The position numbers and the translations under genes were made by a program. Source: Myxococcota bacterium (GTDB taxonomy: Bacteria > Myxococcota_A > UBA9042 > PHBI01 > JAWLBL01). Taken from it: a DNA stretch of 64,000 nt. Location: NCBI GenBank assembly GCA_041687695.1, contig JAWLBL010000015.1, positions 99,627-163,626 on the forward strand, given 5' to 3'. The notes under the pieces are model-generated. The model had not been told where the DNA came from and searched no databases. It was given only the letters and a program-made list of their open reading frames with translations. Positions 58,755 through 64,000 of the stretch are shown here, piece by piece (position 1 is the stretch's first letter; every line of letters starts with the position of its first letter).

Positions 58755-58913
58755 TCAGACGCGAGGCGGCCCGCACCCCAGCAGCGCAAGCCCCAGCAAC
58801 CCGAGCAGCAGGCTCGAATAGTCCCGAAGCGCCCCGGCCGAAGCCGCTGACGGCGCGCTCGGCCGCGGCGTCCCCCGGGGGAGGGGAGGCCGACCCGGCT
58901 CGCGCTGGCGCAT
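58755..58913 (-). CDS. Putative leu operon leader peptide (52 aa; alternative ATG at 58925)
   Basis: MRQREPG...[22 protein letters not shown]; 8 Leu in 11 codons directly before the hairpin; below the ORF-track cutoff. Confidence 0.72.
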   Translation of the reverse strand: MRQREPGRPPLPRGTPRPSAPSAASAGALRDYSSLLLGLLGLALLGCGPPRV

Positions 58914-59307
58914 GCAGGACGTCATCACGGCCGAGGGTGACGGGCGTGACGCGCCGAGTCAAGCGCGCCGCGAGGCCTCCTGCCGGCCGCCTCGCCGCCG
59001 GCGAGCCGAAAACATCAAGGATCACCGCCGGTTGTGAAAGCGTATTCCGTTAGTGCGACCGCTGGTGTGCGCTCGCGCGCACCTCACGACATACTCACCC
59101 GGAGCAATCGGCTAGCGTCCGGTTGCCCGACCCCTGAGTTCATCCGCACAGCAACCGGCCGTCCAAGGCCCGCGTTCGCTCGCGGCGAGGGGCATCGCAC
59201 CGAGGTTCACCCTGATTCCACCCGCGTCCGCGGGGGTGAATCTCCGCCTTGCCGCGCCTCCGACCGTGAGCGCCCGCCGGTATGCCGGACGGCCAACGAG
59301 GTGACCC

Positions 59308-61758
59308 ATGCTCGCTCTCTGGCGCCGCCCCTGGCGGCTCGCCTCTCTCATGGCGTTTGCCATGACGCTCGCCCCGGCGTGTGGCGACGACAACCTTGGC
59401 GGCGGTTTCGTGGACGACATCTTCGCCGACAACGGCGAGCCGGCGCCCGACCCGGACGCCGACGCCACCACCGACACCGGCGACGATGTCCCCGACGATG
59501 ACGTCGACGCGGTCGACGACGTCGCGCCCGCGACCTGTACCAACAACGACGACTGTCTCGCGACCGAGTTCTGTCTGCTGCTGGACTGTACGGCGCCCGG
59601 CACCTGTGAGACCCGGCCCACCGAGTGCGCGGTCATCTACGCCCCGGTCTGCGGCTGCGACGGCGTGACCTACGACAACGCCTGCGAGGCGAACCGAGCC
59701 GGCGTGTCCCTGGGCTCCATCGGCGCCTGTCCGCTACCGCCGGAGTGTGAAGTCGACGCCGACTGTCCGGCTGGCGAGATCTGCCTGAACGGCCAGTGCG
59801 TCGCCGCGCCGCCCGAGTGCGTGGTGGACGGCGACTGCCCCGCGGGCGAGATCTGCGTCGACGGCGAGTGCGTCGCGGCGCCGCCCGAGTGCACCAAGGA
59901 CTCGGACTGCCCGATGGGCGAGATCTGCGTCGACGGCCAGTGCGTCGCGGCGCCGCCCGAGTGCGAGACCGACGACGACTGCCCGGCGGGCAAGATCTGC
60001 GTCGACGGCCAGTGCGTCGCGGCGCCGCCCGAGTGCACCAAGGACTCGGACTGCGACTACGGCGAGATCTGCGTCGACGGCCAGTGCGTCGCGGCGCCGC
60101 CCGAGTGCACCAAGGACTCGGACTGCGACTACGGCGAGATCTGCGTCGACGGCCAGTGCGTCGCGGCGCCGCCCGAGTGCGAGACCGACGACGACTGCGA
60201 CTACGGCAAGGTGTGCAAGGACGGCAAGTGCGTCGCCCCGCCGCCCGAGTGCGAGACCGACGACGACTGCCCCTATGGCAAGGTCTGCATCGGCTGGATG
60301 TGCGTCCTGCCGCCGCCCGAGTGCGTGGTCGACGCGGACTGCGACTACGGCGAGATCTGCAAGGACGGCGAGTGCATCATCCCGCCGCCCGAGTGCACGA
60401 AGAACAAGGACTGCCCCTACGGCAAGCAGTGCATGGACGGCAAGTGCGTCAACCCGCCCGAGTGCGTGAAGAACGCGGACTGCCCGACCGGCAAGATCTG
60501 CGTCGACCACCGCTGCGTCCTGCCGCCGCCGGAGTGCAAGTACCACACGGACTGCCCGACCGGTGAGATCTGCCACTTCGGCGAGTGCGTGCTGCCGCCG
60601 ACCGAGTGCGTCAAGAACGAGGACTGCCTGTACGGCCAGGTCTGCGTCTACGGCCAGTGCGTGCTGGCGCCCCCCGAGTGCAAGGAGGACACCGACTGCG
60701 GCACCGGCGAGGTCTGCAAGTACGGCCAGTGCGTCCTGCCGCCGGCCGAGTGCGTCTGGGACGAGGACTGCAAGTACGGCGAGCTGTGCCTGTACGGGCA
60801 GTGCGTGGTGGTGCCGCGCGAGTGCACCAAGGACAAGGAGTGCGCCTACGCCGAGACGTGCGTCAACGGCGAGTGCGTCGAGGCGCCGCGGCCCTGCGAG
60901 GTCAACGCGGACTGCGAGGACGGCCACGTCTGCGCCGGTGGGTACTGCGTGCTGCCGCCCGAGTCGTGCGACTACGACGAGGACTGCGGCCAGGGCGAGA
61001 TCTGCAAGTACGACGAGTGCATCCTGCCGCCGGCCGAGTGCGTCTTCAACGGCGACTGCTACGGCGACGAGCTCTGCGTGTACGGCCAGTGCGTCCAGCC
61101 GCCGGCCGAGTGCTACAAGGACGAGGAGTGCCCGACCGGCGAAGTGTGCAAGTACGGCGAGTGCGTGCTGCCGCCGGCCGAGTGCGTCCTGAACGAGGAC
61201 TGCAAGTACGACGAGCAGTGCGTCTACGGCCAGTGCGTGCTGGCGCCGCCCGAGTGCACGTACGACAGCGACTGCCCGAGCGGCTACGAGTGCAAGTACG
61301 ACTACTGCGTCCTGGCGCCGCCCGAGTGCCAGTACGACGCGGACTGCCCGTACGGCGAGGTCTGCATCGACGGCCAGTGCGTCGTGGCGCCGCCGGAGTG
61401 CAAGTACGACAAGGACTGCGACTACGGCAAGATCTGCGTCGAGGGCGTCTGCGTCCTGCCGCCGCCCGAGTGCCAGTACGACGAGGACTGCGACTACGGC
61501 GAGATCTGCGTCGAGGGCCAGTGCGTCTCGCCGCCGCCCGGGTGCAAGTACGACAAGGATTGCAGCTACGGCGAGATCTGCGTCGACGGCCAGTGCGTCT
61601 CGCCCCCGCAGTCCTGCAAGAAGGACTACGACTGCTCGTCCGGCTACGTGTGCGACAAGGGCCAGTGCGTCGAGGCGCCGCCCGAGTGCTCCAAGAACTC
61701 CCACTGCTACTTCTGGCAGATGTGCGTCGAGGGTTACTGCCAGGACAAGTGGTGGTGA
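59308..61758 (+). CDS. Lipoprotein with a Kazal-like domain and 28 tandem 24-aa four-Cys repeats
   Basis: GAGG RBS; lipobox LAPAC; Kazal CAVIYAPVCGCDGVTYDNAC; repeat consensus PPECxxDxDCxxGxICxxGxCVxx. Confidence 0.9.
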   Translation: MLALWRRPWRLASLMAFAMTLAPACGDDNLGGGFVDDIFADNGEPAPDPDADATTDTGDDVPDDDVDAVDDVAPATCTNNDDCLATEFCLLLDCTAPGTCETRPTECAVIYAPVCGCDGVTYDNACEANRAGVSLGSIGACPLPPECEVDADCPAGEICLNGQCVAAPPECVVDGDCPAGEICVDGECVAAPPECTKDSDCPMGEICVDGQCVAAPPECETDDDCPAGKICVDGQCVAAPPECTKDSDCDYGEICVDGQCVAAPPECTKDSDCDYGEICVDGQCVAAPPECETDDDCDYGKVCKDGKCVAPPPECETDDDCPYGKVCIGWMCVLPPPECVVDADCDYGEICKDGECIIPPPECTKNKDCPYGKQCMDGKCVNPPECVKNADCPTGKICVDHRCVLPPPECKYHTDCPTGEICHFGECVLPPTECVKNEDCLYGQVCVYGQCVLAPPECKEDTDCGTGEVCKYGQCVLPPAECVWDEDCKYGELCLYGQCVVVPRECTKDKECAYAETCVNGECVEAPRPCEVNADCEDGHVCAGGYCVLPPESCDYDEDCGQGEICKYDECILPPAECVFNGDCYGDELCVYGQCVQPPAECYKDEECPTGEVCKYGECVLPPAECVLNEDCKYDEQCVYGQCVLAPPECTYDSDCPSGYECKYDYCVLAPPECQYDADCPYGEVCIDGQCVVAPPECKYDKDCDYGKICVEGVCVLPPPECQYDEDCDYGEICVEGQCVSPPPGCKYDKDCSYGEICVDGQCVSPPQSCKKDYDCSSGYVCDKGQCVEAPPECSKNSHCYFWQMCVEGYCQDKWW

Positions 61759-62303
61759 TCCCCCACTGACCGGTGACCCGGGCGGGCCCTCGTGACCCGC
61801 TCGAGGCGCCGGGTCCCGCGAAACTCCCCGACAGCGCTTGGACGCCCGGGTCGAGCTCGACGCTCGGCCCGGGCGTTCGCCTTTCGAAGCGACCGCTCCC
61901 GTGACCCGCGCGCACGGGCGGAATACATTCGCTGAGCCTCTCAAGGGCCCACGCGCTCGCGGGTCGCGACTTTGCCGCGCTCCCCGCCCTCCGGCCGTGG
62001 TCCCCGCGTCCGCCCGCCTGCTTGGCCGCCATCTGCCGCGGCCGAAACCCAATCTTCTTTTCTCGACGAAGCTCCCATCGGGCCGCGGTCAGGGTCGCTG
62101 ACGCGCTCCATGCCTGGCGCACGTGCGCGGACGGCAGGGCGCGTGATGATCCGGGCCGCGGTAGCGCCGCCGTGCCTGCGGCGCGACGTCGGGCGTCCGG
62201 TCTCGGGCGCCTCGTGCGGTGGCCTTCGTGTGCCCTGTGGGGGAGGTGCTCGATGTGGCGATCGATGGATGAGGCGCGTCCGGCGGCGGGCGACGCAGTG
62301 ACG

Positions 62304-64000
62304 ATGCGGGCCCGGCTGCGCTTCGGCGCGCTGGGGCTGGGGGTGACGGTGCTGGCGCTCGGCGGGCTGGGTCTGCCGGCCTGTAGCGACGACGCGACGA
62401 ACCCGTCGATCGGGCGCGACGCCGAGGCCGAGCTGCCGCCGGAGGGGTCGCCCGATCCCGACGCGCTCGGCGACGTTGGGCCGAGCGACGCGGCGACCGA
62501 CGCCGGGCTCGACCCGGGCGGCTCGGGCGGCGACGGCTGGGTCCTGCCCGACGTCCTCGAGCCGGGGGAGATCGGCGCGCCCTGCGACTCGAACTCCGAC
62601 TGCTTCTCGGGCTTCTGCGTGCCCTCGAACGAGGGCCACGTGTGCAGCAAGCTGTGCGTCGACGACTGCCCGGTCGGCTGGAGCTGCAAGGGCGTATCCA
62701 ACGGCATCGACGTGACCTTCATCTGCCTGCCGCCCTCGGACCGCCTGTGCGAGCCGTGCACGGTCGACTACCAGTGCGGCGGCGGGCTGTGCCTGACCTT
62801 CCCGGACGGGCCGGCGTGCACCAGCCCCTGCGAGACGGGCGACGACTGCCCGGCGGGCTGGCTGTGCGAGGAGCGCGCCAGCGAGGACGACCTGGGCGGC
62901 GCGACCAGCGGCCAGTGCGTCCCGGTCACCGGGACGTGCGGCTGTACGCCCTGGGTCGACGGGCTGCAGCGCTCGTGCTCGCGCGCCAACGACTTCGGCA
63001 CCTGCTGGGGCGCCCAGACCTGCGACGGGCTGACCGGCTGGGGCGAGTGCTCGGGCGGCGACCCCGAGGCCGAGGTCTGCGACGGGCAGGACAACGACTG
63101 CGACGGGCTCGCCGACGAGGACCTGACGCCCCCCGAACCCCAGTGCGCGGTCACCAACGAGCACGGCGCGTGCCAGGGGACGCCCGTCTGCCAGGGCGCG
63201 GCGGGCTGGGTCTGCGCGGCCAAGACGCCGGCCGCCGAGGTCTGCAACTACCTGGACGACGACTGCGACGGCGTCGTCGATCAGCCCTTCCGCGGCGACG
63301 ACGGCCAGTACTCGCTGGACGCCCACTGCGGCGCCTGCAACGTGGCCTGCACCGACATGTTCCCGAACGCGACCGGAACCTGCGACGCCTCGAGCGGCTC
63401 GCCGGTGTGCGTCGTGGCCAGCTGCGCGCCCGGGTACTACGCGGTCAACGCGACGACCTGCCTGCCGCTGCAGTCCAGCGAGTGCCTGCCGTGCAAGACC
63501 GACGCGCACTGCGCGACGCCGGGCGACCGCTGCCTGTCCTTCGACGGCGGGCAGTTCTGCGGGCGCGACTGCTCGGACGGCAACGCCTACGGCACGCCCG
63601 CGGGCACCTGCCCCACGGGGTATGTGTGCGCCGCACAAGCGGGCGGCGGCGAGCAGTGCGTCCCCGAGACCGGCTCGTGCGCCTGCAAGGACCCCGAGGA
63701 CCACGGCGTGGCGCGGGCATGCATCCAGGACAACGCCCACGGGCAGTGCGCCGGGCTCGAGGTGTGCGACGCGGCGACGGGCTGGTCCGCCTGCAGCGCC
63801 GCCGTGCCGGGGCCCGAGGTCTGCAACGGCGTCGACGACGACTGCGACGGACAGACCGACGAGGGCGTGGCGCCGCCCTCGGACGGGTGCGTGGTCGAGA
63901 GCGACTACGGCGCCTGCGGCGGCGACTGGAAGTGCGGCGGCGGCGCCGGCTGGGTGTGCGACGCGCCCGTGCCGGCCGCCGAGAGCTGCAACTACCTGGA
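62304..64000 (+). CDS. Cys-rich surface lipoprotein with MopE-like/putative metal-binding repeats (runs off the window end)
   Basis: Not in the track (no stop). ATG 62304 MRARLRFGALGLGVTVLALGGLGLPAC-S lipobox; repeats EVCDGQDNDCDGLADE, EVCNYLDDDCDGVVD, EVCNGVDDDCDGQTDE. Confidence 0.88.
   Translation, partial: MRARLRFGALGLGVTVLALGGLGLPACSDDATNPSIGRDAEAELPPEGSPDPDALGDVGPSDAATDAGLDPGGSGGDGWVLPDVLEPGEIGAPCDSNSDCFSGFCVPSNEGHVCSKLCVDDCPVGWSCKGVSNGIDVTFICLPPSDRLCEPCTVDYQCGGGLCLTFPDGPACTSPCETGDDCPAGWLCEERASEDDLGGATSGQCVPVTGTCGCTPWVDGLQRSCSRANDFGTCWGAQTCDGLTGWGECSGGDPEAEVCDGQDNDCDGLADEDLTPPEPQCAVTNEHGACQGTPVCQGAAGWVCAAKTPAAEVCNYLDDDCDGVVDQPFRGDDGQYSLDAHCGACNVACTDMFPNATGTCDASSGSPVCVVASCAPGYYAVNATTCLPLQSSECLPCKTDAHCATPGDRCLSFDGGQFCGRDCSDGNAYGTPAGTCPTGYVCAAQAGGGEQCVPETGSCACKDPEDHGVARACIQDNAHGQCAGLEVCDAATGWSACSAAVPGPEVCNGVDDDCDGQTDEGVAPPSDGCVVESDYGACGGDWKCGGGAGWVCDAPVPAAESCNYL

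Noticed and set aside
59034..59300. Possible ncRNA or riboswitch in the intergenic region before the Cys-repeat gene
   Set aside because: No recognisable consensus or convincing stem set by eye

Overview
Very GC-rich bacterial DNA, most likely Myxococcota-like (inferred from type 6 BREX, CotH kinase and Cys-rich surface lipoproteins). The left end carries a type 6 BREX defence operon on the minus strand (brxE-brxA-brxB-brxC-pglX, running off the window). An ABC-type ATPase plus TOPRIM-like gene pair is inserted between brxC and pglX, and an unusual exactly 42-bp-phased palindromic array lies upstream of the operon. The middle is mostly core genes: sensor kinases, peptidases, a MoxR/DUF58/SpoIIM/RDD cluster, an acsA-pdhAB(fused)-pdhC-ACP-ppsA cluster and nnrS. 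Near 49-54 kb is a rearranged REP-associated tyrosine transposase (RAYT) locus with a 340-bp nnrS duplication and a second RAYT remnant; three related REP arrays lie at about 11.6, 23.3 and 53.5 kb. The right end has leuACDB with an unannotated Leu-rich leader peptide/attenuator and two large Cys-repeat lipoproteins. A structured leader with a 22-codon ORF at about 17.1-17.3 kb is a candidate unannotated element. Family calls come from motif recognition by eye; no database searches were run.
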